A DNA stretch of 64,000 bases from an uncultured Chloroflexia bacterium (lineage in GTDB: Bacteria; Chloroflexota; Anaerolineae; CG2-30-64-16). Positions 10,064 to 20,549 of the stretch are shown in pieces. Location: contig CAWEMM010000012.1 of assembly GCA_963810095.1 (NCBI GenBank), positions 608,001 to 672,000 of the forward strand. Direction: 5' to 3'. A program made the position numbers and the translations under genes. Positions within the stretch are counted from its first letter, which is position 1; every line of letters begins with the position of its first letter. Under the pieces are notes generated by a model that was given only the letters and a program-made list of their open reading frames with translations, did no database searches and was not told the DNA's origin.

Positions 10064-11492
10064 ATGAAGCAACCTGTTCTTGGTGTTATTGTCGGCAACC
10101 GGGGCTTCTTCCCCGGCCACCTCAGCGAGAAGGGCCGCCAGACGGTCCTTGCCCTGCTCGAGCGCGAGGGCATCAAGGCCATTGCGCTTGGCCCGGACGA
10201 TTCCCCTTACGGGAGCGTCGAGAGCGTCGCGGATTCCCAAAAGCTCGCGGACCTGTTCAAGGCGCACCGCGAGGAAATCATCGGCGTGCTGGTCACCCTG
10301 CCCAACTTTGGCGACGAGCGGGCCATCGCCAACGTCATGCGCTGGTCGGGGCTCGACGTGCCGATCCTCGTCCACGCCTTCCCCGACGAAACCGGCAAGA
10401 TGAGCGTCGAGTACCGCCGCGACTCGTTCTGCGGCAAGATGTCGGCGTGCAACAACCTGAAGCAATACGGCTTCAAGTACAGCCTGACCACCCACCACAC
10501 CGAGGATCCGGACAGCCCGCAGTTTCTGCAGGACCTGCGCGACTTCGTCGCGACCTGCCAGGTCGTCGCCGGGCTCAAGGGCGCGCGGGTGGGCCTCATC
10601 GGCGCACGGCCGGCCAACTTCATCACCGTTCGCTTCAGTGAAAAGCTCTTCGAGCGGGCCGGCATCTCGACCGAGACCGTCGACCTGTCGGAGATCTTCG
10701 GCCGCGCCAAGCGGATCGAGGGCAGCCCGAAGGTCGCGCAGAAGCTGGAACAGATTCGCAGCTACGTCAATGTGGCGAACACGCCGGCCGATGCGCTGGA
10801 GAAAATGGCCCGCCTGGGCGTCGTGATCGACGACTGGATGGCCGACAATAAACTGGCCGCCAGCGCGATCCAGTGCTGGACCTCGATGGAAGAGTTCTAC
10901 GGCGTGGTGCCGTGCACGTTGATGAGCATTATGAGCAACGGACTCATGCCCTCCGCGTGCGAAACCGACATTGCGGGTGTGGTGGGCATGTATGCGATGG
11001 CGCTGGCGTCCTGCAAGCCCGAGCGCGCTGGTCGACTGGAACAACAACTACGGCGAGGACCCCGACAAGTGCGTCGTCTTCCACTGCTCTAACCTGCCCA
11101 AAGACGTCTTCGTTCCGCAGTCCATCCGGGCCGACGACATCATGGTGATGGACTACCAGGCCATCATCGCGGGCACGGTGGGCAAGGAAAACACGTTTGG
11201 CACGGTCGTGGGCCGGGTTAAGGGTGATCCCTTCACCTACTGCCGCGTCTCCACAGACGACTACAACGGTAAGATCCAGGTCTACCTGGGCGAGGGTGAG
11301 CTGACCAACGACCCGCTCGACACGTTCGGCGGGTTCGGCGTGGCGAAGATCCCGCACCTGCAGGACCTGCTGGCCTACATCTGCGAAAACGGCTTCGAAC
11401 ACCACACGGCCATCAGCCTGTCGCAGGTGGCAAAGCCGGTGAATGAGGCGATGAGCAAGTACCTGGGGTGGAGCGTCTACCACCACAAGTAA
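10064..11492 (+). CDS. L-fucose/L-arabinose isomerase-family protein (copy 2; frameshift near 11020)
   Basis: ORFs 10064-11092 and 10971-11492 join into one protein with GNRGFFP, QCW, CETD, DWNNN, FHCSN and FEHH. Confidence 0.85.
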
Positions 11493-11520
11493 CGCTTGTG
11501 GGCATTCGCTCCGGCTACGG

Positions 11521-11557
11521 AAACAAACCAGGTTTCTGGCAGAAACCTGGTTTGTTT
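11521..11557. repeat. Palindromic repeat family D / possible terminator of the sugar operon
   Basis: aaacaaaccaggtttctg g cagaaacctggtttgttt. Confidence 0.6.
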
Positions 11558-11607
11558 GTATCCAATCCCTCCTTCTGCGTGTCACCGCACTGTGATAGCA
11601 TGGGGAC

Positions 11608-12177
11608 ATGCAATTCGTGGCTTTCTTCCGCAACGTCAACCTTGGACAGGGCCTGGCTCCGACGCGGCCACAGCTTGAAGCGGCCTTTGCGGCCGCAGGA
11701 AGTGCCGGCGCTGCGTCGTTTCAGACCGCCGGCACCGTGGTTTTCGCGGCTGCCGGCGAGCCGGCCGCGGAGACGATCCTCGCCGGCGCGCGCGAGCGGC
11801 TGCTCGAATGGCGCGGGCTGCGCGAGCCCGCATACCTTGCGCCCCTCGGGCACTTGGCCGAGCTGGTCGCGGCTGACCCATTTACCGGCTGCGACCTGAG
11901 CGACGTGCTGGATACGTCGGCAACGTTGATGCCGCGGGACGCGCTCGCCGGGTTGACACTGCCGCTCGCGTCGCCGGGTGGCGACGTCGTCGTCGTTCGG
12001 CTCACCGCGTACCTCGCGCTCACCCTGCGCCGCCGCACCGGCGCGCACCCGGGCAGCCCGACGCCCTTCTTCGAGAAACTCCTGGGCATTCGGGCCACAA
12101 CCCGCGGTTGGAACACGATACAAAGGCTTGTGAGGAAGTACGCCGCGTCCGAGAGGACTAACGGCCCTCAAGAATGA
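11608..12177 (+). CDS. DUF1697 family protein
   Basis: N-terminal FVAFFRNVNLG, QTAGTVVF and C-terminal TTRGWNT. Confidence 0.8.
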   Translation: MQFVAFFRNVNLGQGLAPTRPQLEAAFAAAGSAGAASFQTAGTVVFAAAGEPAAETILAGARERLLEWRGLREPAYLAPLGHLAELVAADPFTGCDLSDVLDTSATLMPRDALAGLTLPLASPGGDVVVVRLTAYLALTLRRRTGAHPGSPTPFFEKLLGIRATTRGWNTIQRLVRKYAASERTNGPQE

Positions 12178-12429
12178 CCACATCGGACGCCATCGAACAG
12201 CTCGCTCCTTGCTCTTCCCACGCCCTCGGAGCGTACTCGAGCCCCCTCTCACCCGAGCTCCCCATCTCCTGAAGTATGACCCCGCATCCATCATTTGTCT
12301 CTCGCATAATCCGTATCCGTGCCGATGTGATCCGCCAGTTGCATATGCTAATATCCCCGCCGTCATCGCGTGATCGTCGCCTCTGCCAGCCGACCGGGAA
12401 GCACGCGAAGTAGTGGAGGTGATATCCGT

Positions 12430-13294
12430 ATGCGTGTCTGGTTTGACGAGCATCCCTTGGTTGGTTCGTTGCTCATTTGGTTGGCCGACGCTGTCTTTGT
12501 GGTGGTCGGGGCGCTGCTGCTCAGCGCGCTCTTCCCCAACATCCCCGGTTACGGCCGTGGGCTGAGCCAAAGCCTCATTCTCGTACTGGTCGGCGTGCTG
12601 TTGGTAGCCGCCATGTTGACCGCGTTTCGATGGTGGCGCCGGGCGGGCTTTGTCGGCCCTTCGCAGTGGCGCGATCTGCGCATCCTGTGGCTGCCGGTGT
12701 TGCTGCTGTTTGTACCGTTCGTGCGAGGGTTCCGCCCGCTCTCCACCGCCGAGCTGCTGACGCTCGCCGTGGGCTACACAGCAACCGCGTTTTTCGAGGA
12801 GGCAATCTACCGGGGCGCGATCCTCGGCCTCATGCGACCTAAGGGGATTTGGACCGCGGTCCTGGTCTCGTCGCTGTTGTTCGGCCTTGCGCACTTCACG
12901 AACATCCTGCTTCGAGGCAACCCTAGCATCATCGCGCTCCAGGCACTGGGCGCGGCGACGGGCGGCGTCGGCATGGCCGCCATCCGTCTGCGCACCCGTA
13001 CCATCTGGCCCGTCATTGCGCTGCACGGCCTGCACGACCTCTTCTTCCAGCTCGGCGCGCTCCCGGTGCCAATTTCGGACGCTGTCGAGCGCGACCGTGC
13101 TGCTGCTCTACGGCATCTACCTGCTGCGGCCCAGCAGCGCGGAAGCAGCTCGCCGCCGTCCGCGAGTCATACTTGGCCCCGGCGCCCGCCGGCGCACTCT
13201 CAGAATAGGGGAAAACGGCCCTGGGAGCCTGCCTCGCCGGGCTCCCAGCATACCTGCTCGTTTCACCTCCCGGCTTGACGGCCCCGACTGCTAG
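12430..13294 (+). CDS. CPBP/Abi-family intramembrane glutamic endopeptidase (frameshift near 13090; 3' end uncertain)
   Basis: EEAIYRG, LFGLAH and IALHGLHD motifs. Confidence 0.85.
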
Positions 13295-13365
13295 CTCCCC
13301 GGCAATTGTGACCCTGCCAAAGCTGTGTTAGTCTTGTCCCGAAATTGCGTCAAGGAGGTGTTGCC

Positions 13366-14835
13366 TTGAAGGACATCCCGACCGAACCCGAAGAAACGCT
13401 CGATCCCGAGGACTGGGACGCGATGCGCTCTCTCGGGCGGCAGATGGTGGACGACATGTTGACCTGGCTGGAGAACGCGGGCGAGCGCGAGGTTTGGCAG
13501 CCGGTCCCGGCTGAAGTCAAGGCGCATTTCAACCAGCCGCCCCCCGCAGACCCCACCCCGCCCGGCGAAGTCTATGAGGAATTCTGCCGCTACATCCTCC
13601 CCTACCCGATGGGCAACACGCACCCGCGCTTCTGGTCGTGGGTCATGGGCAATGGCACGCCCTTCGGGATGCTGGCCGAAATGCTGGCCGCGGGGTTGAA
13701 CCCCAACATGGGCGGAGGCGAGCACGCGGGCATCTACGTGGAGCGGCAGGTCATCGACTGGACCAAGGCCCTGCTCGGCTTTCCACCCGACGCGAGCGGG
13801 CTGCTCGTCAGCGGCGGCTCGATGGCGAATCTCGTCGCGCTCACCGTGGCCCGCAACACGAAGGCGGGCATCGACGTGCGCGCCGCCGGGCTGCAGTCGT
13901 GCGGCGACCGCCTGATAGTCTATGCGTCGACCGAGACGCACAGCTGCGTGCAAAAGGCGGTCGAACTGTTGGGCCTGGGCCGCGACAATTACCGCCTGAT
14001 CCCCGTCGACGACGCGTTCAGAATCGATGTGCCGCGGCTCGAGGCCGCCATTGCCGAAGACCGCGCCGAAGGCTTCCGGCCCATCTGCCTGGTCGGCAAC
14101 GCGGGCACGGTCAACACGGGCGCGATCGACCCGCTGGAGGTGCTGGGCGAGATTGCGCGGCGCGAGGGGCTCTGGTACCACGTGGACGGGGCAATCGGCG
14201 CGTTGGCCGCGCTCGCACCCGACCTCAAGCCGAAACTTGCCGGCATGGCGGAAGCAGATTCCATCACGCTCGACTTCCACAAGTGGATGTACATGCAGTT
14301 CGAGGCCGGGTGCGTGTTGGTGCGAGACGAAGCCGCCCACCGCAACGCCTTTGCGCTGACACCCGAGTACCTGGAACACGGCGCACGCGGGATCTCGGCG
14401 GGCTCGAACTGGCCGAGCGAGTATGGCGTGCAGCTCACGCGCAACTTCCGCGCGCTGAAGATTTGGATGTCGCTGCGCGAGCACGGCGCGGCAAAGTACG
14501 GCCGGATGATCTCGCAGAACGCGGCGCAGGTAAGGTATCTCGCCGAGCAGGTGCAGGTAACGCCCGAACTCGAACTCCTCACACCCGTGCAGCTGAACAT
14601 CGTCTGCTTCCGCTACAACCCAGGCGGCCGCAGCGACGAGACGCTGAGCGCGCTGAACAAGGAGTTGCTCTTCCGCCTGCACGAGAGCGGGGTGGCCGGC
14701 CCCTCCTACACGACGCTGCACGGCCGGTACTGGCTGCGGGTGGCGAACACGAACCATCGCAGCCGCCAGGACGATTTCGACGTGTTGGTGCACGAGGTCG
14801 TGCGACTCGGTCGCGAGATCGCAGCCGAGTCCTAG
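13366..14835 (+). CDS. Group II PLP-dependent decarboxylase (aromatic-L-amino-acid decarboxylase-like)
   Basis: HPRFW, SGGSMAN, HVDGA and DFHKW (PLP lysine). Confidence 0.9.
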   Translation: MKDIPTEPEETLDPEDWDAMRSLGRQMVDDMLTWLENAGEREVWQPVPAEVKAHFNQPPPADPTPPGEVYEEFCRYILPYPMGNTHPRFWSWVMGNGTPFGMLAEMLAAGLNPNMGGGEHAGIYVERQVIDWTKALLGFPPDASGLLVSGGSMANLVALTVARNTKAGIDVRAAGLQSCGDRLIVYASTETHSCVQKAVELLGLGRDNYRLIPVDDAFRIDVPRLEAAIAEDRAEGFRPICLVGNAGTVNTGAIDPLEVLGEIARREGLWYHVDGAIGALAALAPDLKPKLAGMAEADSITLDFHKWMYMQFEAGCVLVRDEAAHRNAFALTPEYLEHGARGISAGSNWPSEYGVQLTRNFRALKIWMSLREHGAAKYGRMISQNAAQVRYLAEQVQVTPELELLTPVQLNIVCFRYNPGGRSDETLSALNKELLFRLHESGVAGPSYTTLHGRYWLRVANTNHRSRQDDFDVLVHEVVRLGREIAAES

Positions 14836-14899
14836 CCTGAGCAGGCCCTTTGTTTCGATCGGCGGGGCAGAAGCGCGCCGGAGGGTGAGAGGTATGGCG

Positions 14900-15869
14900 A
14901 TGAAAGCGATTCGATCCACGAATATGGCGGGCCGGAAGTTCTGCAGCTCGAAGAACTGCCGACCCCGGAGCCGGGGCCGGGCCAGGCGCTCGTCGAAGTG
15001 ACCGCGGTCGGCGTCAACTTCGTGGACATCTATAACCGGATGGGCTGGTACAAGCTGCCGCAGTTCCCCTCGGGCATCGGCGGCGAGGGCGCGGGCCGGG
15101 TGCTCAGCGTGGCGCCGGACGTTACCGGCGTGAAGCTGGGCGACCGCGTCGCGTGGCTGGGGGGCGCGAACGCCTACGCGACGCACATGGTGATCGCCGC
15201 GTCCAAGCTTGCGCCTATCCCGGAGGGGGTCAGCGACGAACAGGCGGCCGCGGCAATGGTGCAGGGGGTCACAGCGCAGGTGCTGACGACGCGGACGTAT
15301 CCGCTGCAGCGGGGCGAGTGGGCGCTGGTCCATGCCGCGGCCGGCGGGGTGGGGCGCCTGCTGTGCCAATTGGGGCGACGCACCGGCGCACACGTCATCG
15401 GCACGGTGTCGAGCGAGGAGAAGGCGCGCACCGCCCGCGAAGCCGGCGCCGAGCACACGATCAACTACACGGAGCAGGACTTCCTGGCCGAGGTGCGCGG
15501 ATCACGGGCGGTACGGGCGTGAACGTCGTGTATGACTCGGTCGGCAAGGACACCTTTGACAAGAGCCTCGACGCGCTCGCGCCGCTGGGATACCTCGTCC
15601 TCTTTGGCCAGTCGAGCGGCTTCCCGCCGCCTCTCGACATTCAGCGCCTGGCAGGCGGCCGGTCGCTCTTCCTCACCCGGCCCTCGGTGTTCACCTATGT
15701 GGCCGACCGCGCGTCTCTGCTGCAGCAGACCAATGCGCTCTTTGACATGATCGGCAGCGGCGAGTTGGTGCTCCACATCGACCGCCAGTACCCCCTGGCC
15801 GAAGCGGCGCAAGCCCACCGCGACCTGGCCGGCCGCAAGACGACGGGCAAGCTGCTGCTGATTCCGTAA
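14900..15869 (+). CDS. qor: NADPH:quinone oxidoreductase, zeta-crystallin family (two frameshifts)
   Basis: HEYGGPEVL, GVNFVD, HAAAGGVG, YDSVGKDTF, TTGKLLLIP across frames. Confidence 0.85.
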
Positions 15870-15912
15870 ACGTGCCGCGCCTGGACGCGGCGGGCGAGCC
15901 GGTCGGGTGCGC

Positions 15913-16245
15913 TTAGGCGGCGAACTCCCGGTAGAAACAGGTCTGCCGGCCCGTGTGACATGCCGGGCCGGCCGGCTCCACCTGGACCAGCAGGGTGTCG
16001 CCGTCGCAGTCGACGCAGATGCTGAGCACCCGCTGGACGTTGCCCGACGTGTCGCCCTTGTGCCACAGCTCCTTGCGGCTGCGGCTCCAGAAGTGGGTCT
16101 GGCCCGTCTCCAGCGTCGTGCGCAAGGCCAGGTCGTTCATCCAGGCCATCATCAAGACGTCGCCGGTAATCACGTCCTGGACTACGGCGGGGATCAAACC
16201 CTGCTCGTTCCAGTGCAGTTCGTTCCACGAAGCTTGTTCGGACAT
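15913..16245 (-). CDS. hisI: Phosphoribosyl-AMP cyclohydrolase
   Basis: [31 protein letters not shown]. Confidence 0.95.
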   Translation of the reverse strand: MSEQASWNELHWNEQGLIPAVVQDVITGDVLMMAWMNDLALRTTLETGQTHFWSRSRKELWHKGDTSGNVQRVLSICVDCDGDTLLVQVEPAGPACHTGRQTCFYREFAA

Positions 16246-16367
16246 AAGCTGCTCCTCCTTCATTACGAGATCGGCCGTGCACAGAAAGGACCCAAGAATA
16301 GAAGTTTCGCAAAGGTCTGGACCTTTGTGAAACTTCGGTTCCTCGGTTCTTCCTGTTGACTTGCGCC

Positions 16368-17135
16368 TCACGGCTGCCTGGCCAGCCGGATCGGGACTCC
16401 ACGCCGCGCCAGGTACGCCTTGACTTCGCCCACCGACACTTGCCGGTAGTGGAACAGCGAGGCGGCCAGCGCGGCATCCGCCCTGCCCAGGGTCAGCGCG
16501 TCATAGAAATGCGCTGTGCTGCCGGCCCCACCCGACGCGATGACCGGGATCGACACCGCCTCGCCGACCGCGGCCAGCATGCGAATATCGTAGCCCGCCT
16601 GCGTGCCATCCGTGTCCATGCTCGTCAGCAGGATTTCGCCCGCGCCCAGCCGCTCGGCTTCGCGCGCCCAGCTCACCACCTCCCGCCCGGTTGGGACGCG
16701 GCCGCCATTAATGTACACCTCCCAGCGGTCACCTGTCCATTTGCCGTCGATGGCCACGACGACGCACTGGGAGCCAAAGCGGGTTGCGCCGGCTGTGATC
16801 AGCTCGGGGGTGCGGACGGCCGGCGAATTGATGCTGACCTTATCGGCGCCCGCCAGCAGCAGCGCGCGCATGTCGTCGACCGTGCGGATGCCGCCCCCAA
16901 CCGTGAACGGGATGAACACGGTGTCGGCCACCCGCCGGACCATGTCGATCACGATGTCGCGGCGCTCGTGGCTGGCCGTGATGTCGAGGAAGACGAGCTC
17001 GTCTGCCCCCTCTCGGTCGTACACCTGGGCCTGCTCGACCGGATCGCCGGCGTCGCGCAGTTCGAGGAAGTTGACGCCCTTCACGACCCGGCCGTCCTTC
17101 ACGTCGAGGCAGGGGATGATGCGCTTCGCTAACAT
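16368..17135 (-). CDS. hisF: Imidazole glycerol phosphate synthase cyclase subunit
   Basis: [20 protein letters not shown]. Confidence 0.98.
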   Translation of the reverse strand: MLAKRIIPCLDVKDGRVVKGVNFLELRDAGDPVEQAQVYDREGADELVFLDITASHERRDIVIDMVRRVADTVFIPFTVGGGIRTVDDMRALLLAGADKVSINSPAVRTPELITAGATRFGSQCVVVAIDGKWTGDRWEVYINGGRVPTGREVVSWAREAERLGAGEILLTSMDTDGTQAGYDIRMLAAVGEAVSIPVIASGGAGSTAHFYDALTLGRADAALAASLFHYRQVSVGEVKAYLARRGVPIRLARQP

Positions 17136-18063
17136 CAGACGTCCTCCGCCACTCCAAGCGCTTCAGTCAGCGAGAAAGCGCCCTTATAAAGCGCCTGGCC
17201 CACGATCACACCTTCAATGCGCCCACTGGGGTAAGGGCCGGCAGGGAGCCACTCGGGATCTCGGCGAGGCGGCGCCTTCGGCTCTGCCTGGCCCCTGCCA
17301 GGAGGTTGGTCGGCAGCGACGAGCGCCCGGATGTCGTCCAGCGACCCAACCCCGCCGCTGGCGATCACCCCCAGCCCTGATGCGGCCGCCAGCGCCATCG
17401 TCGCAGCGACGTTGACGCCGCCCAGCATGCCGTCCCGGCTAATGTCGGTGTACACGGCGCGGACGGCGCCCAGGTCGGCCATGCGCCGCGCCACTTCGAG
17501 CGCCGCCAAACCGCTCGTTTCCTGCCAGCCATGCGTGGCGACGAAGCCGTCGCGTGCGTCCAGCCCGACCACGATCCGCTCCGCGCCGAAGCGCTCGATC
17601 GCCTGGCCCACCAGCGTGGGCTGCTGCACGGCGACCGTGCCCAGCACGACCCGGCTCGCGCCCGTTTCAAGCGCAAGCTCCACGTCGCTAAGCGACCGCA
17701 GCCCCCCGCCGTACTGGATGGGGAGGCTGACGGCAGCCCGAATGTCGGCCAGCCGCCGGAGGTTGATGGGCAGCCGGTCTCCACAGCTTGCACTCCCGGG
17801 ATACCGGGCGTCCTTCGACTGCGCGCCTTCCTGGGCGAAGCGCTCCGCTCAGACCCTGAGCCGAGCTCAGGATGCCCGGCGTCGACCATGAATGCCCCAT
17901 CCAGGTTGACGACATGCAGCCAGGCCGCCCCCTGCTGAGCCCAGCGGACGGCCGTCTCCGCCGGGTCGTCGCTGTAGGTCGTCTGCGCGCCGGGATCGCC
18001 CTGGCGCAGCCGGACGACCTGCCCCCGGCGCAGGTCGATGGCCGGGAAAACGATCAGTCCCAT
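17135..18063 (-). CDS. hisA: ProFAR isomerase with two internal insertions and a frameshift
   Basis: [49 protein letters not shown]. Confidence 0.9.
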
Positions 18064-18740
18064 GCGTTCACCAGTCCTACGAAGTTACGCAAGATTGCCA
18101 GCCCCACCTGCTGGCTCTTCTCCGGGTGACACTGGATGCCCCACAAATTGCCCCGCCGCACGACAGACGCGTACTCAATCCCGTAATCGGTCGTGGCCAG
18201 TGTGTCCGCGGGTTCGGCGGGCCGGCAGTAAAAGGAGTGGACGAAGTAGGCATAGGCCCCGTGGTCGATGCCGGCCAGCAACGGGTCCGACCCGGCGTGA
18301 TTAAGCTGGTTCCAGCCGATTTCGGGCACCTTCAGCGGCCGGCCGTCGGGCCCGACCATGTCGCTCGGGAAGCGCACCACCCGGCCGGGGATCAGGCCCA
18401 GGCCCTCGTGTACGCCCATCGGTAGATGGGCCGCCAGCTCCTCGCTCTCGTCGAAGAGCAGCTGCATTCCCACGCAGATGCCCAGCAGCGGCTTGCCTGC
18501 ACCGGCGGCCTCTTTGAGCGGCGCCTCGAAGCCGGCAGCGCGCAGGTTGGCCGCGGCATCCCCGAACGCACCGACGCCGGGCAGGATGATGCCCGCCGCT
18601 GCCGCCAGGGCGTCTGGCCGGTTGACGACCCTCGGACTGCCGCCCGCGGCCTCCACCGCCTTGTACACGTTGCGAAGGTTACCCACCCCGTAGTCCACAA
18701 TTACGAGCTCACGGGCGCGGGCCGGCTCGCTGCCGCTCAT
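18054..18740 (-). CDS. hisH: Imidazole glycerol phosphate synthase glutaminase subunit
   Basis: [35 protein letters not shown]; ATGA overlap with hisB. Confidence 0.95.
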   Translation of the reverse strand: MSGSEPARARELVIVDYGVGNLRNVYKAVEAAGGSPRVVNRPDALAAAAGIILPGVGAFGDAAANLRAAGFEAPLKEAAGAGKPLLGICVGMQLLFDESEELAAHLPMGVHEGLGLIPGRVVRFPSDMVGPDGRPLKVPEIGWNQLNHAGSDPLLAGIDHGAYAYFVHSFYCRPAEPADTLATTDYGIEYASVVRRGNLWGIQCHPEKSQQVGLAILRNFVGLVNAWD

Positions 18741-19325
18741 GCCAGCTGGCCCTTGGTCGACGGAACGCCCTCGCGCCGGGGGTCGATCTCCGACGCGGCA
18801 TCGAGCGCACGGCCGAACGCCTTGAACAGCGCCTCCGCCTGATGATGATCGTTTCGCCCGTACAGCACCTTTGCGTGCAGGTTCATGCGCCCGTGGATCG
18901 CGACCGTTTCGAGGAAGTGACGCACCAGGTCCGGGTCCATAGCCCCCAACGCGGCCGAGTGCCATTCGACGTCGATCACGGCGTAGGGCCGGCCGCTGAG
19001 GTCCAGCACAACCAGGACCAAGGCCTCGTCCATCGGCACATAGCTGTGCGCGGTGCGGACGATGCCCGCCCGGTCGCCCAGCGCACGGTCGAGCGCCTGG
19101 CCAAGGCAGATGGCGACGTCCTCCACCGTGTGGTGCGGGTCTACGTGCAGGTCGCCCTGCGCCTCGACCGTGAGGTTAAACATGCCCGTGATGGGCGAAC
19201 AGCGCCAGCATGTGATCGAGAAAGCCGACGCCCGTCTTGACCTCGGCCTTGCCCCGCCCGTCGACGGCCAGGGTCAGTGTGATGTCCGTTTCGCCCGTCC
19301 TGCGGGTGATGGTCGATGTACGCAT
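18737..19325 (-). CDS. hisB: Imidazoleglycerol-phosphate dehydratase (frameshift near 19185)
   Basis: [37 protein letters not shown]. Confidence 0.93.
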
Positions 19326-19344
19326 CGTGTGCACCCTTCGTCTT

Positions 19345-19430
19345 GCCACGAATTGCACGAATTGGCGAATTCGACGAACTGGATAAGTGCCGGAGCGGCA
19401 GTAATTCGTACAATTCGTCGAATTCGTGTC
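19345..19430. repeat. Palindromic repeat, family A (9-nt cacgaatt units)
   Basis: gccacgaattgcacgaattggcgaatt...aattcgtacaattcgtcgaattcgtg; second copy at 41033-41122. Confidence 0.75.
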
Positions 19431-20549
19431 ATGCGTGGCGCCCTTCGTTCAGCGCGGCCAGTAGCCGGTCGGTATCTTCGGGCCGGCCCGCACTCACCCG
19501 GATCATGTTCTCCAGGCCGGGTTTTGCGTAATGGCGCACCAGGATGCCTTGCTGCGCCAGAGCCTCTTTCAACGCCCACGCGTCGCGCCCGATGACCCGG
19601 CAGAGCACGAAATTCGCGTGGCCGGGAATCGGCTCAAGGAACGCGCACTTGCCGAGTTCGACCAGCAGCCGCTCCCGCTCGCGGATCAACGCGTCGACCG
19701 TGGGCTGGATTTCCTCGCGCTGCTGTAACGAGGCGAGGCCTGCCACAGTTGCCGCCACGTTCACATTGTACGGCTGCTTGGCCTTCAACAGGTGCGGCAT
19801 GAGCCAGGACGGAAAGACGCCGTATCCGAGCCGCAGCCCGGCCAGCCCGGCCCACTTGGAGAAGGTGCGCAGGACGGCCAGGTTCTCGTGGACCAATACC
19901 CAATCGGCCACCGAGCGATTGAGCCCGGCGAACTCGATGTAGGCCTCGTCGACGACGACGAACACGGGCAGCCGGAGCAGAGCCGCCAGGTCACGCGGCG
20001 ACAGGAGGCTGCCGTCCGGGTTGTTGGGCGACGTCAGGAACAGCAGCTTCGCATTCGGGTTAGCGTCGACAGCCGCATGGACCGCCTGTACGTCCACGTG
20101 GAAGTTGTCGCGCCGCGGCACCCGCACCACGGCCGCGCCAGACAGCCCCGCGTCGAAGCCGTACATCCCAAAGGTGGGGGGGCAGTCGACGATCGCGTCG
20201 CCCGGCCCGGCCATCATCCGGGTCAGCAAGTCGATCAGCTCGTCGGCGCCGTGCCCCGGCAAGATGTTCTCGGCCGGAACGCCCACATACTCGGCCAGCG
20301 CCGCCCTCAACTCCCGCTGCTCGGGATCGGGGTAGATGTGCAGGTAGGGGTACTCGGCCAGCGCAGCCGCCACGGTGGGGTGCGGCCCGTAGGGGTTCTC
20401 GTTCGCGTCAAGCTTGGCAATGTCGGCCGGCACGCGTCCAACTCCCGGCTCAACACCTCGAACGGGACGATGGGCGTGTAGGGCTCCATGTCCCTGATGT
20501 GGGACAGCAGGAACTCGCTGGGCGAGCGCGGACCAGAGGACGAGCTCAC
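19429..20549 (-). CDS. hisC: Histidinol-phosphate aminotransferase (frameshift near 20430)
   Basis: [39 protein letters not shown]. Confidence 0.93.

Noticed and set aside
13291-15456. Long antisense ORFs (for example 721 aa here, also 5952-7328, 44192-45889, 45937-47724)
   Set aside because: Shadow ORFs expected opposite real genes in high-GC DNA; no recognisable motifs.
19345-19430. Short periodic repeats as a CRISPR array
   Set aside because: Units are 8-9 nt, mirrored, have no unique spacers, and no cas genes are present.
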